DNA from: Chiloscyllium plagiosum
Taxonomy: Eukaryota
Direction of reading: 5' to 3'
Assembly (NCBI RefSeq): GCF_004010195.1
Contig: NC_057720.1
Coordinates: forward strand, 16,624,095 to 16,688,094
DNA length: 64,000 bases
The number at the start of each line of letters is the position of its first letter. Position 1 is the stretch's first letter. The translations under genes were made by a program, and so were the position numbers. The notes under the pieces were generated by a model. That model was not told the DNA's origin. It did not search any database and saw nothing but the letters and a program-made list of their open reading frames with translations. This document shows, piece after piece, positions 24,204 to 36,520 of this stretch.

Positions 24204-26369
24204 ATATTAGTATGTTAAAGCAATACTTTGACAGGAAGGATAGTCTGGGGAGAAGTGTACTGATTGAGATGAAAGAAATAGTGAATGAAATAAAAATGTG
24301 AGAACAATTCAAGAATGTATTAGAAATCGAAAGTTCAAAATTGACCATCCAGTAATCAGATTGGATAATACAGAGGCGTTTAAAAGTTAGACAGAATATT
24401 AGGAAATCTTCCAGATAACTATCAAACTGACTTACAAAAGTCTTATATCTAATATGTTGGAGAATCATTCAATTACAAATAGTGGCCACTGACAGACTTT
24501 GTGAAATTGCCGAATACTGGTTTATTTCTCAGGATATAGTGGGGAAGAGAATTTGACAGGACTGGTCTAGAATGGACACACTGCAAAGTTAAGTCAAGGA
24601 TCCTCTTCCCCAAGTTGCAGATACAGACAGTTTTTATAGTGTTACAGTAGTGTAGTGTTAATTACAAGACAATATGAATTAAACTAAATTCAATGGAAAA
24701 CAATTGGTTGGCCAGTAGTAGCAATCAGGTAATAATTGTAACAGGAGGTTCCGTTCCATGCCAGAGCAAGTGCTAATGACCAGTATCCTGGTTTCAATGG
24801 ATCTGCAGGGTGGTGTGCATTCTTGTCAGGTATATGGGTGCCACTCAGTCTAGGCAGGCTTTATGGGGCTTCAGTACCTGAGGAGACTGGGGATGCTCTT
24901 GGGGCTGCAGGAGCGGTGAGGCTATTGTGAGATAAGAAGCCTGTTATCAGATCATCTAAGGAGTGTATTCCTTCAGTCTGGAAGCTGTTTAGGTAATATC
25001 TTGTTTTGCTGTTTAGTTCTTGAGCTAGTTGTGGTCAAGTTGAGGTATTATGGGTATGCTCTGTTTAGCTAAGAACATACATGGTTTCTGTGAACAAGTA
25101 GTGGGCAAGCAGAGTGGTTTATTTATTTCTCCCACAGTATAAATAGGCCAAGACAAATACATAACATCAACATTGGTATGTGTTATCTGTACAATATTTT
25201 TTCAGGCTTAATCCAGAGAAACAAATGATCTTGTTGTGGACAATGATATTATTTAACTGAGTCACAGCACCTGGAGCTCACTTATTGTGGCATAATGGCA
25301 TAAAAATGAACTTTATGTGAAGGGCATTCTGAAGTCCTTCACCATAGTGGATCCTTTGACAAGCTGGTTTTTAAAAAAGGCAAGCAGTTTGAATGAACAG
25401 AAGAATGCTACAGTGTCTTTGAAAGGCACTTGAAAGCTATGCTAACTACCACACCAGTTTTTGCAACACTAAATTGTGATAAACCATTTAACTGTATATT
25501 AAGGCTTCAGTAGCCAAATGGCCTACTCCAGCACCAATTTAAGTTATTACATTGATGCCAGTGATGTCAGTACTGGCGCAATATTGTTACAGGAGGCCAA
25601 GATGCAAATCAAACTACAAGGCTATTGTTGCTAGAAAATTAAATTCCTGCCAACAGAAATACTCAACAGTGGAGAAACACTGAGCTTGATGTTGGTTCTA
25701 CAACAAGCTGAAGTCTCCATATCCATCAATTCTGTAGAGACCTTTGATACAGATCATAACCATTTCACTTTCTTGAAATATTTCCATCACAAGCATTTAA
25801 TTTTTCTGTAAATTTAATGTGAGACCGATGTAATTTGAAAATCATTCATGATGCAGGAAAAGACTATCACCATAATGTTTTTATCGTGGATGATTTGTCA
25901 AGAGTGAATATGAAAAAAAATGTAAATCATGACTGAAATGCACTTGGGTAAAATATGATTGTTATGAAAATCTTGTGTTTTAGTATAAAAATATTATTGT
26001 TAAAATAAAGTGGAACTAATAATAAGAGGAAATTTTTGTGGAAGACAAAACTGTCTCTTACAGATAGCTTTGAATATTTTTGGGCCACAGATATATTCAG
26101 TTCAGAAGAAGATGAAGTTTCATGGCAACAGAAGGACATTTTCTTTTGGTAGTTTCTATACTATCAGGAGTGAAAAAAAGCCTTAAGCAGTTTTTACAAT
26201 CCAAAAATGCTGGAAAGTGCTTTGAGCTTTTCATAGAATTCAGTGAGGAAATATTAGTGAGTTAACCTGTCTGTGTATTTCTGGCAGAAAGTTGATGAAT
26301 GGAAATTATTCTGACCCTCTCTGTTGAATAAGTAATTTTGAAGTGAAATTGGAGTAATTCTTCAGTGGC

Positions 26370-27130
26370 ATTGCACGGTTTCCTACTGACTCTTGACCTA
26401 CTTGACTCACCTCATTCCCAAGATTTGGTATAACAGCCCATCCTTTCTTGTTCGATTGGAAACACACTGCTGTAGAAAATCTTTCTGAACATACTGCAGG
26501 AACTCCTGCCCCTCACTAGTCCTTTACACTAATGCTATTTCAGCCTGTATTGTGTAATTAAAGTCCTTGATTATAATTACTCTACATTCTTTGTGATTTC
26601 CTTGAAATATATTCCTCTATATCCTTCCCACAAGTAGGTGGCCTCTATTGAGCAATTTAATTGCACCTTTTTTATCCCTTAGCTATAGCCAAATTCACTC
26701 TATCCTCAACCTCTCAGGGTATTATCTTTCTCCAGCACTGCAAAAGATCTCCTTAATTGATACCACCCCCCCCCCCCACTTTCTCCTTTTCCTGTCTTTC
26801 TTGAAAGTCTTGTACCGAGGATATTTAACACCCAGTCCTGCCCTTCTTTCAGTGAGATCTTTGTTTGAGCAATAGCATATTTCCACAAGGCAATCTGCAC
26901 CTGTAATTCACCAATCTGTTTTGATTCTATGCAGACACATACTTGCATAGCAACCCTGACTTAAGACTTTGTTTCTTTCTCTCTTACTCTGATACCACCA
27001 ATTAAGTCACTGTTCTTTATTCTGCTGCTATGTCTCCTATTATTCTGTGAACCTGATGTTATTTCTTTGTTCCTACACCCCATCCAAAATAATTTAAATC
27101 CTCCAAAAGCTTTAGCAAAATGCTTATCAA
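26370..27130 (-). mobile_element. Old CR1 LINE fragment (endonuclease region)
   Basis: LKEGQDWVLNILG..GGGW and the following sequence match CR1 ORF2 APE-domain patterns. Confidence 0.6.
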
Positions 27131-27599
27131 GGAACTCAGCTGTCTGAACCTCAAAATTATTAGTCCGTTGACATTACCACTGTCTTGTTCTTCAAGGCTA
27201 GCCTTTTATCATCAGCTGACCCTTGATTCAAAGATTACATTCACTCAGGGCCATGGGTCTTCATGTGACTAAATAAGCTGAGTCTAAACTTGTATAACAT
27301 TCGGCCCGCTGTACAGGATCTCCCACAAGGTAGTCACATCAAGAGTACAAGATTTGCTTCCCTTTATTTCCCTCGCTGTCATCACACTGCCTCATCATTA
27401 AGACATTAGTAAGGGGTTCAAAGGTTATGAGGAGAAGACAGGAGAATGGGTTGTAAAACATATTAGCCGTGATCAAATGACGGAGCAGACTCGATGGCCC
27501 TAATGGCCTAATTCTGCTCCTACATGTTATGGTCTTGTGGATGCGTGATTCAGAATTGATGAATAAGTTGTCTCCATTCTGAATGATTAGTAACAAGTT

Positions 27600-28112
27600 C
27601 TTCACAATTATGTATGTCAGTGTTTCAAGGGAGCTCAGGAAAGTCTTTGAAGCATTTGCATTGTCTTTTATTAGAATGCCAGCCTTTTGAGTGTTGAAAA
27701 TGCCAGATCTTGCAGGGGAGATTTTTAAAAAATCACTCATGCAATGTGGCTGACTGAGCCAGCTAATCTTGCCCATCCATAGATTTTGGCCATTTGGACA
27801 CAATGTCAACTCCACTGAAATTTATTTTGTAGGAGTTTTATCTAAATGCTTGTGGAGTCGTATTCAAGGACACTCGTATATGTTTAATGGTTGTCCTATT
27901 GAATCCAGAAAATGCAGCTGATTGATTTTCTCTAGAACTCTTATGTGTTGCTAATGCACAGTCATTCTCAAGTGTGGTGATGCAAAATGCTCTGTACACT
28001 CCGGCTTTTCTTGACTCACACAAAAGTCTTTGTTGTCAAATACTTGTTTGTAGAAGACTGAATTGGTGCAACAGATCTGGTGTTTGATCTCTCCATCTAT
28101 GATGGCCTTTTG
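27600..28112 (-). mobile_element. RTE LINE fragment
   Basis: LSQKAIIDGEIKHQICCTNSVF..VFDNKD; VYRAFCITTL; SLETL at the C-terminus. Confidence 0.6.
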
Positions 28113-29061
28113 AGAAAGGTAGACAAGCAGGAGGCTGGAAGAACATGGCAAGCCAGGCAGCATCAGGAGGTGAAGAAGTCAGGTGTAACTCTTCTTCAAG
28201 CTGGCAGCTACCATAATAAGGGAAGTTCCAACATATTTCAGGTCTCACCTGCAATGTGTCAACATGGATCCAAAACAGCTGAGTGTGTGTGTGTGTATGT
28301 GTCTTCAGTCAATTAATAACCACCTTTCTTCCTCACCTTAAATGAAGTAAATTTAATAATGTGATTAACTAGACATTAACAGATTACTTTCTTTAAATTC
28401 ATAATTACATTAAAATCTTTCCAAAACTAATCAAAGAAATAAAATGTATTTCTTCTTTTCACACATTATAATACAACTAGCCATTAACAGGTCACATATT
28501 CTCCAAGTTTTAAAGAAAAATCACATGTTGAAAATAACTATAAAGAAATTAAAGAAAAACATGATGCTCAATCTTCGATTAATATTCATCGAATCTGAAT
28601 ATTCCATGTTCATATCATAACACAAGACATCCCTCTTCAAGAGATCTAATAATCTCCTGGGGAAAGGATTTATCTTTGCAGAAATAATGTCTGACAATTG
28701 GTGACATGCATCAACCCATTTTGTTTTAAAAATCTATTTCCTTTACAATGTTTTGTTCACACTAATAAGGTAAATTCTCAATTCTCTGTGACATCCTTTG
28801 TAAAATGAAATTGTTCTGAAGAGAATGATCAACATTCTATGGGACTTGTTTTTTCTCAGATTGCCCCTTATATAAGATTTCCTTCAGAATATTGGACAAG
28901 TACACCTCCATACCTATTGATTGTGTTCATGGTAATGCTTCAACAGCTAATGGTGCTTTTAAAACTTCTTTTATTTTCTTGGCTTCCCAGATCAATAGGC
29001 ACATTTATTATGCTTTCCTATTAAGAATCTGATGAACCCTGACATTTTAGAATATTCAACT

Positions 29062-29290
29062 AGGAGAAAGGATGGACTGCAGACACTGGAGATCAGAGTT
29101 GAGAGTGTGATGCTGGAAAAGCACAGCAAGTCAGGCAGCATCCGAGGAGCAGGAGAATCAATGTTTTGGGCATAAGCCCTTCATCAGGAATGGGCCGTAT
29201 TCTTGATGAAGGGCTTATGCCCGAAACATTGATTCTCCTGCTCCTCGGATGCTGCCTGACCTGCTGTGCTTTTCCAACACCACACTCTCG
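29062..29290. mobile_element. Miniature Penelope-end hairpin inside the Copia relic
   Basis: Near-perfect inverted arms of about 90 bp; TSD ATTTTAGAATATTCA(A/T)CT (29044-29061 and 29291-29308). Confidence 0.92.
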
Positions 29291-30638
29291 ATTTTAGAAT
29301 ATTCATCTGAAGATAGGTATGTGAAGCCTGGTCATCCAAGTATACAATAAGTTCAACTGATGCAATCAAACTTCTTAACTGATCTTTTTCTATCTTGGAT
29401 GCTGCCTCATCTTTCTGTAAGGATCTGGCCCTAATATTGGGATGTGATTGAACTCTAAGTAACATAGTTGATCCAAAGTCACACCCAACGTATTCTGCTT
29501 GATGACTAATCCTATTTAATTTTAAAGGCCCTGAAAGTTAATTACGAATCTTAAACTGATTTTTAAAAATGTTATCAACCACATATTGCTTGAATTCTTC
29601 AGAAAATCTCCACAGACAATATCATTGACGCACTACATGAAGACTTCTGTCAGTTTCTCTTTGTGATATTCTGCTTTAAACTGAATGCAACTACTTGCAG
29701 CAAGGTAGACTAAATACCACATCCTCACTGCATTAGTTCACCCATAACCATATTTGTTTAATTTCCATAGTTTCATTCCTATATCACCTTCCTCTTTAGG
29801 TGGCTTCAAAAATACCTGTCTTTGAAACTTTTCTCCTTCAAAAATGCAATTTTACAGTAATCAATTTATATTCCCCAGGAATATTTTGCCAGAAGAGCTA
29901 AGAAGATCTTCAAACTGTGTTTCCTGCAGTAGGGGAATCCATTCTGATATCATGATCACTAATTTTTTATTCAAACCCTAAACCACTAGTCTGTCTTTAA
30001 CCTTAAATGTCCCATCAGGAAGCATTTCTTTTGTGTGTACCCATATGTATGATAAGGCTTGCTGTCCCTATCTGATAACTCAGTGTATACATCAAATTCT
30101 TTTCAAGGTATCCTTTTTCAACTTGTCTCATAATTTGCTTGTAGACACAAAACTTTTGCAATCATAAGGGTTTATATTTCTCCTGGTATTCTTAGCCTGT
30201 TCCATGGTCCTTGTTTTTGTCAAACTATGACCTCTTACTTCTAGATCTCATTCTCGATGACAGCATCTCCTTTTCTTTTGATCACGATCTTTTTCCAAAG
30301 GGACAAGTTAACTTCCAGATCCACATCCAGAACTCGTACTGCATTTTCTGGCCTTCTATAACTTTACCCCATTTTGCCAACACATGGATCTCACCTCCTG
30401 TCCCTCATTTTATACATTTAGGCAATATTTGTATTTACTGGTGGCTTTCATTGCTCTCCCTATAATGGTGGCAAAGTTTCCTTCACTGACCTCTTCTGGT
30501 ATACCTGTATATGTTACTCTGGTGTCACTTTCCACCTGTTGTCCTCAGGGACAAAAAGCCTTGTCCTACATTTCTGTATCTGGATCAGTGGTGCTGGAAG
30601 AGCACAGCACTTCAGGCAGCATCCAACGAGCAGCGAAA

Positions 30639-30670
30639 TCGACGTTTCGGGCAAAAGCCCTTCATCAGGA
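30639..30670 (-). ncRNA. Minimal hammerhead ribozyme core in a Penelope terminal repeat
   Basis: Minus strand reads CTGATGA-A-GGGC-TTTT-GCCC-GAAAC-GTC-GA. Confidence 0.65.
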
Positions 30671-31679
30671 ATAAATTTCCTTGTCCATATTCAGTCAGCT
30701 CTTCGTCTGCTGTAATCTGGCGTTCCTAATTGTCCAAAACATGTGTTTCATCACTTCCTAAGATTTTTTCTGATTCAGTGCCAATTAATCTTAAGCAGTG
30801 TGTCTCAACAGTTTGATTGCTGTGCTGTACAATTACTGTTTTTTCATAACTACTTATAACTTTCCCATACCATTCCACCCTTCCTGACCTTCTGTTCTGT
30901 AATATAACATATCCCTGGAATTAAAATCAATTCCTGATGGCTTTGTACAATATTGTCAAAGTTCTCGAACTTCAACCTTAATGAATGCCCTACTCCCTGC
31001 ATGTAGGGTACTGAAATGCTCGGAAAAGGAGATGGAGCTAATTTTAGTGCCTTCCAAATACTTAGCAAAATAAGTTTTGGATCTCTCCTGTAAAACAACT
31101 GACATGGACTGTAGCTCCCAACCATTTGCACTGAGTACTTCGTATGGACTACTCTGCCAAGGCAGAGGTTAATTTATAATTTGGTTGGTCTGCTATGATT
31201 TTATGAAGCATCTCATCCACCTCTGTGTGATTTCTTTCACAAACCACCTTACTAAATAGATCCTGCACAACTGTATTCATTACCATAAAGTTCACGTTTT
31301 CACAATATTGACAAACTTCTCCCATTGACAGTTAGGAATGTAGCTGGTGCCTGCAGTCAAGTTCCTCACTATTTCTCCTTTACTTTGATTTGATTTGATT
31401 TATTGCTGTCATGTGTACTGAGGTACAGTGAAAAGTGTTGTCTTACATACTTTATAAGCAGATCGTGCCAAACAAGTACAGATTGCAGCATACAATGTTA
31501 CAGTTGCTGAGAAGGCACAGAGAAAGATCAACATTAACATTGGACAGATACATTCAAAAGTATGATAACAGTGGGGAAGAAGCTGTTCTTAAATGTATAC
31601 AACTTTTATATCTTCTACCAGTGGAAGTGGGTGGAAGAGAGTATAACCGGGGTGGGCGGGGTCTTTGATTTTTTCTATT

Positions 31680-32000
31680 CATTCACAGAATGAGAACATC
31701 GCTGGCTAGGTCAGCATTTACTGCCCAGAGCACAGTTCAATGTCGACCACATTGCCGTGGGTCTGGAGTCAAACATAGGCCAGACCAGGTAATGATGGCA
31801 ATTTCCTTCCCTAAAGAACATTAGTGAGCCAGACAGGTTTTTCCAACAATCAGCAATAGATTCGTAGTCACCATTAGACTCTAAATTCCAGATTTTATTG
31901 AATTCAAATTCCACCATCTGCAATGGCAGGATTTGACCCTGGGTCCTCAGAACATTATCTGGATCTCGAGATTCACAGTCCAGTGATAATACCACTAGGC
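31680..32000 (-). mobile_element. Deu-type (SacSINE1-like) SINE
   Basis: tRNA-like head with GGTCAAATCC B box, body GACTCCAGACCCAC.GCAATGTGG, LINE-derived tail. Confidence 0.75.
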
Positions 32001-32004
32001 CTTT

Positions 32005-34100
32005 GACATTGTTGGTTGCTTTCCTGAGACAGTGGGAAGTATAGATGAAGTCAATGCATAAGAGGCTGGTTTAAGTGATGGACTGGACTGTGGTCAAACC
32101 CTCTGTAGTTTCTTCTAGTTTTGGGAACAGCAGCTGCCACATCACACTGTGATGCATCCAGATAGGATGCTTTCTATGGTACAATGATAAAAATATGTAA
32201 GAGTCTTTATGGACCTGCCCAATTTCCTTAGCTTCTTGATGAAGCGCTTTCTTAACCACAGTGTCAACGTGGTGGACCAGGACAGATCATGACTCCCAGA
32301 AATGTGATGCTCTCGACCATCTCCACCACAGCACCACTGATGCAGACAAGGGGCGTGCCCCTCATTCCGCTTCCTGAAGTCAGTGACAAGCTCTTTCATT
32401 TACTGAAACTGATAGACATTGATACTGTCCTTACACCATGCCATTAAGCACTTTATCTCCTTCCTGTACTCTGTTTCGCTGTTGTTTGAGATCGAACCTG
32501 CAATAGTGGTATTTTCGGCAAATTTACGAATAGAATTGGTGCAGAATCTGTCCACACAGTCATGAGTTTACAAGAAGTAGAGTCGGGAGCTGAGCATGCA
32601 GCCTTGCTGGGTACAAATGTTGAGGATTATGGTAGAGGAGGTGTTGTCACCTATCCTGACTGACTGCGGTCTGTTTGTCAGAAAATTGAGAATCCAGTTA
32701 CAGAGGGGGGAGCAGAGACCTACATCCCAAAGCTTGGAGATGAGTTTGTTGTAATTATGGTGTTGTAGTCAATAGGTAGGAGCCTGACATAGGTATTCTT
32801 GATGTCCAGATGTTCCGGAAAAGTTTAGGGCCAGAGAGATGGCACCTGCCAAGGACCTAGATTAGATTAGATTACTTAGAGTGTAGAAACAGGCCCTTCG
32901 GCCCAACAAGTCCACACCGCCCCGCCAAAGCGCAACCCACCCATTACCCCTACATCACCCCTTACCTAACACTACGGGCAATTTAGCATGGCCAATTCAC
33001 CTGACCTGCACATCTTTCGACTGTGGGAGGAAACCGGAACACCTGGAGGAAACCCACGCAGACACGGGGAGAACGTGCAAACTCCACACAGGCAGTCGCC
33101 TGAGGCGGGAATTGAACCCGGGTCTCTGGCGCTGTGAGGCAGCAGTGCTAACCACTGTGCCGCCGTGCCGCCCAGTAGGTGAATTGCAACAGATCAAGGC
33201 AGTCTGGGAAGCTGGAGTTGATGTTAGCCATGACTAACCTCTCAAAACACTTCATAATTATGGAGGTCAGAGCCATCAGGCTGTAGTCATTGAGGTACGC
33301 TACATGAGTTTTCTTTGGCACTGGAATGCTTGTGGTCTTCTTGAAGTAGGTGGGGAATTCAGATTGTAATAAGGAGAGGTTAAAGATGTCTTCAAGTACT
33401 CCCATCACTGGATCTGAGTGCACAGCCAGGGACTCCATCTATTCTAGTCACTTAAATGCCTGCAGTAGTGACTGAGGGTACAGTTGCATCAAAGGCTGAT
33501 GGGGCAAGTGATATCATTTTACTGCCCTTCTGTTCAAAGGGAGAATAGAATGCATTGAACTCTTCAGGTCGGGATGTATTGTTGCCTGCAATTCTGTTTG
33601 ACTTCACTTGGCAGGCCATTGTGTCATGTAAGCCTTGCCACAAACGAAGGGTATCCATGTGGTTAGTCTGGGTCTCAAGCTTAATTTGGTATTGCCTCTT
33701 GGTATTCCTAATGACCTTTCATAGGTCTTACCTGGATTTCCTGTATAGGTCAGGGTTGCCTGACTTGAACGCCTGAAACCTGAACTTCAGTAGGGAGTGG
33801 ATCTACCAGTTTATCCATGGTTTCTAATTAGGGAATGTTCAGATTAACTTCTTTGGCATATAATCATCTATGCACTTAATAATGAAGTCTGTAACAGTAG
33901 TGGCATGCTTATTTAGGTTAGCCACTGAGTTCTTGAATATGGACCGTTCACAACTCTAAGCAGTCCCATAATAGCCCTTCAGTCTCCTCAGACCAACACT
34001 ACACTATTTTCTGTACTGGGTCCTCCCACTTCAATTTATGCTTGGAAGCCAGGAGGAGGAGAACAGCATTGTGGTCTGATTTTCCAAAATGCGGACACAA
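32005..34100 (-). mobile_element. Rex1/Babar LINE relic
   Basis: DIFNLSLLQSEFPTYFKKTTSIPVPKK..ALTSIIMKCFERLVMANI; FYHCTIESILSGCITV; PHFGKSDHNAVLLL. Confidence 0.88.
32859..33173 (-). mobile_element. Young full-length HE1 V-SINE inserted in Rex1
   Basis: GGGCGGCACGGCGGCACAGTGGTTAGCACTGCTGCC head, GGTTCAATTCC B box, V core, (TAATC)n tail; CpGs retained. Confidence 0.92.
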
Positions 34101-34854
34101 CACTTGTCCACTATTTTTGCTTTCTCTTCCACTTCCCCATTTACCTTTGTTAACCTTTGATTTTCTTGTCTCACAGAATCTGTTTACTTTTGCCTTAACT
34201 ATATTCAACGATTCAGCTGCGATTGCCTTCCAAGGTTAACTCCTAATTTTCAAACAAGGCTCCCCAGTTCAGGACCTACTTCTGGAAATGAATGTTTTCC
34301 CAGGATTTCTTCAAGGCTTCTGACATTTATCTCAAAAGAATGTTACTTTCAGAAATTTTAACTCCAGTTAAGAGGAGGAATGTAAACATGCTTGATACCT
34401 TAGCACAATTCAACAATTTAAAGGCAAGCACTAAATTAGGAATCTCCAAGTAGAATTTTTTTTGTGATCTTGCATATAATGTTAAATTACATTTAAAATA
34501 TTTTAAACCTTTCTAATTATCTCAAAGCCTGACCATGAAACAAAAGCATTTAAGAGGCCATCTTTTTCATCAATTTAGACCTTAAAATTTTAAAAGATTA
34601 TTCAACTCCTCCTCAGTCTTTGATTCTTAAGCCTCTAGTTCTTAGAATATTTTACACCTGATCCTGCTTCTACTTGGAAGTGACAGTACCTTCTTTTATT
34701 TTGGTAAGGACGTGACACATGTTAATATATCTACTTCGCTGTTCTATCATGTCAAGATAGGTAAAAACAATGACTGCAGATGCTGGAAACCAGATTTTGG
34801 ATTAATGGTGCTGGAAGAGCACAGCAGTTCAGGCAGAATCCGAGGAGCAGCAAA

Positions 34855-34887
34855 GTCGACGTTTCGGGCAAAAGCCCTTCATCAGGA
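34855..34887 (-). ncRNA. Minimal hammerhead ribozyme core
   Basis: Minus strand TCCTGATGAAGGGCTTTTGCCCGAAACGTCGAC. Confidence 0.65.
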
Positions 34888-35067
34888 ATAAAGGCAGAGA
34901 GCCTGAAGTGTGGAGAGATAAGCTAGAGGAGGGTGGGAGTGGGGAGAAAGTAGCATGGAGTACAATAGATGAGTGGGGGAGGGGATGAAAGTGATAGATC
35001 AGGGAGGAGGGTGGAGTGGATAGGTGGAAAAGAAGATAGGCACGTAGGACAAGTCATGGGGACAGTG

Positions 35068-35215
35068 NNNNNNNNNNNNNNNNNNNNNNNNNNNNNNNNN
35101 NNNNNNNNNNNNNNNNNNNNNNNNNNNNNNNNNNNNNNNNNNNNNNNNNNNNNNNNNNNNNNNNNNNNNNNNNNNNNNNNNNNNNNNNNNNNNNNNNNNN
35201 NNNNNNNNNNNNNNN
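35068..35215. other. Assembly gap
   Basis: Run of N. Confidence 1.
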
Positions 35216-35779
35216 TTTAAGGCCTTGGATGGAGGTGAGGGAGGTGGTGTGGGTGCAGGTTTTACAATTCCTGCAGTGGCAGGGGAATGTGCCAGGATGA
35301 GAGGGTGGGTTGTAGAGGGGAGCGTGGAACTGACCAGGTAGTCAGAGGAACAGTCTTTGCAGAAGGCGGAAAGGGGTGGGGAGGGAAACATATCCCTGAT
35401 GGGGTCTTTTTGGTGACAGAAATGTCGGCAGATTTGGTTTATGCGTAGGGTGGAAGGTGAGCACCAGGGGCGTTCTGTCCTTGTTACAGTTGGAGGGGTG
35501 GGGTCTGAGGGCGGAGGTGCAGGATGTGGACGAGATGCATTGGAGGGCATCTTTAACCACATGGGAAGGGAAATTGCAGTCTCTAAAGAAGGAGGCCATC
35601 TAGTGTTCTGTGGTGGAACTGGTCCTCCTGGGAGCAGATACGGCGGAGGCAGAGGAATTGGGAATACGAGATGGCATTTTTGCAAGAGGTAGGGTGGGAA
35701 GAGGTGTAGTCCAGCATATCTACTTTACCTTTCAATCACTCGTCAGACTCACTTTCAATTAACATTACTGGGAAACTAA

Positions 35780-36520
35780 TATACTGACACTTCACACTTG
35801 TTTCAGCCATTCTTCTCAAAAGTAAATTAGATTACATCCACTACGATCCCAATGACTCCCACGGTTACCCAGACTATACATCGTCACACCCTGTTTTCTG
35901 TAAAGAGGCCATTTCTTTCTCCCAGTTTCTCCTTATCCATTGCATGTATCCTGATGATGTCACTTTCCACATGGGAGCCTCAGAAAAGTCCACCTTTATC
36001 CTCAACCAAGGATTCCCTGGCCAGCATCTCTGTCTCAGGCTTGCTGCAGTGGCCCAGCAAGGTTCAACGCAAACTGGAGGAACAGCACCTGATTTTGCAC
36101 CTAGGGACCTTACAGCCTTCAGGGGTAAATGTTGAGTTCAATCAACATTCAATCAACACCCGCAACAGTCTTCCATGTCCTTTGCTCACCCCCATACACC
36201 AAGCCCTGTCAGGACATAAGTTGTTCTAGGCACAGCCAACCCATTTTCACCTACTTCTGATCCCCATTATCAGTGTTTCTACTTCCCTGGCTTTCTATCA
36301 TCTATTCCTTTGTCTGCTCAACTGTCTTATTCTCACTCTCTGGTCACCCATCCACTTCTTTTCCCTTTCATCTTCTGTCTTTAGCATGTTTACCATCTTT
36401 TCCCAGCTATCAGTTCTGAAGAAGAGTCACTAGACTCAAAACGTTAACTCTGCTCTTTCTCCACAGGTGCTGCCAGACCTGCTCAGTTTTTCCAGCAATT
36501 TCTGTTTTTTTGCTTCAGAT
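35780..36520 (+). mobile_element. Older Penelope-like fragment, second family
   Basis: QRKLEEQHLILHLGTLQPSGVNVEF (endonuclease C-terminus); CTGAAGAAGAGTCACTAGACTCAAAAC degenerate hammerhead. Confidence 0.8.

Larger units (their letters stand above)
14940..26368 (+). mobile_element. Decayed Gmr1-like Gypsy LTR retrotransposon (gag, IN, RT-RNase H) with nested inserts
   Basis: 5' LTR ends GGATCATAACA (about 15326). Coiled-coil gag 17640-17950. FEKVADEMKSPKDVWTLILQS..YEAVKRTILNACMLAPEVY (21035-21215). Zinc knuckle HCNKTGHIKANC (21660-21695). Integrase WPGFHKDVGQYYQTCHTY and ETDQYSNVMSQVF (22395-22780). RNase H IDASDVSTGAILLQE, QQKYSTVEK, TDHN (25550-25760). 26321-26368 resembles 15010-15057 (LTR overlap). 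Confidence 0.85.
28625..31385 (-). mobile_element. Decayed Ty1/Copia pol (IN, RT, RNase H), GalEa-like
   Basis: IN: VCERNHTEVDEMLHKI..ALA..SYSPCQLFY. Linker: RAFIKVE..LYYRTEGQEGWNGMGKVI..VIVQH. RT: EFDVYTELSD..WVHTKEMLPDGTFKVKDRLVV, MDSPTAG, VFLKPPKE..LWKLNKYGYG*TNAVRMWY, QLRSLI. RNase H: WEAKKIKRSFKST, KWVDACHQLSDI. Many stops and frameshifts. Confidence 0.85.
34759..35715 (-). mobile_element. Penelope-like element 3' part spanning an assembly gap
   Basis: MASFFRDCNFPSHVVKDALQCISS..NKDRTPLVLTFHPT; terminal repeat with hammerhead core. Confidence 0.88.

Noticed and set aside
32997..33173. tRNA genes suggested by A and B boxes
   Set aside because: The boxes are SINE heads continuing into SINE bodies; no complete cloverleaf was seen.
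34969..35685. Long ORFs containing X runs (also 59476-59911)
   Set aside because: Artefacts of translating through N gaps.
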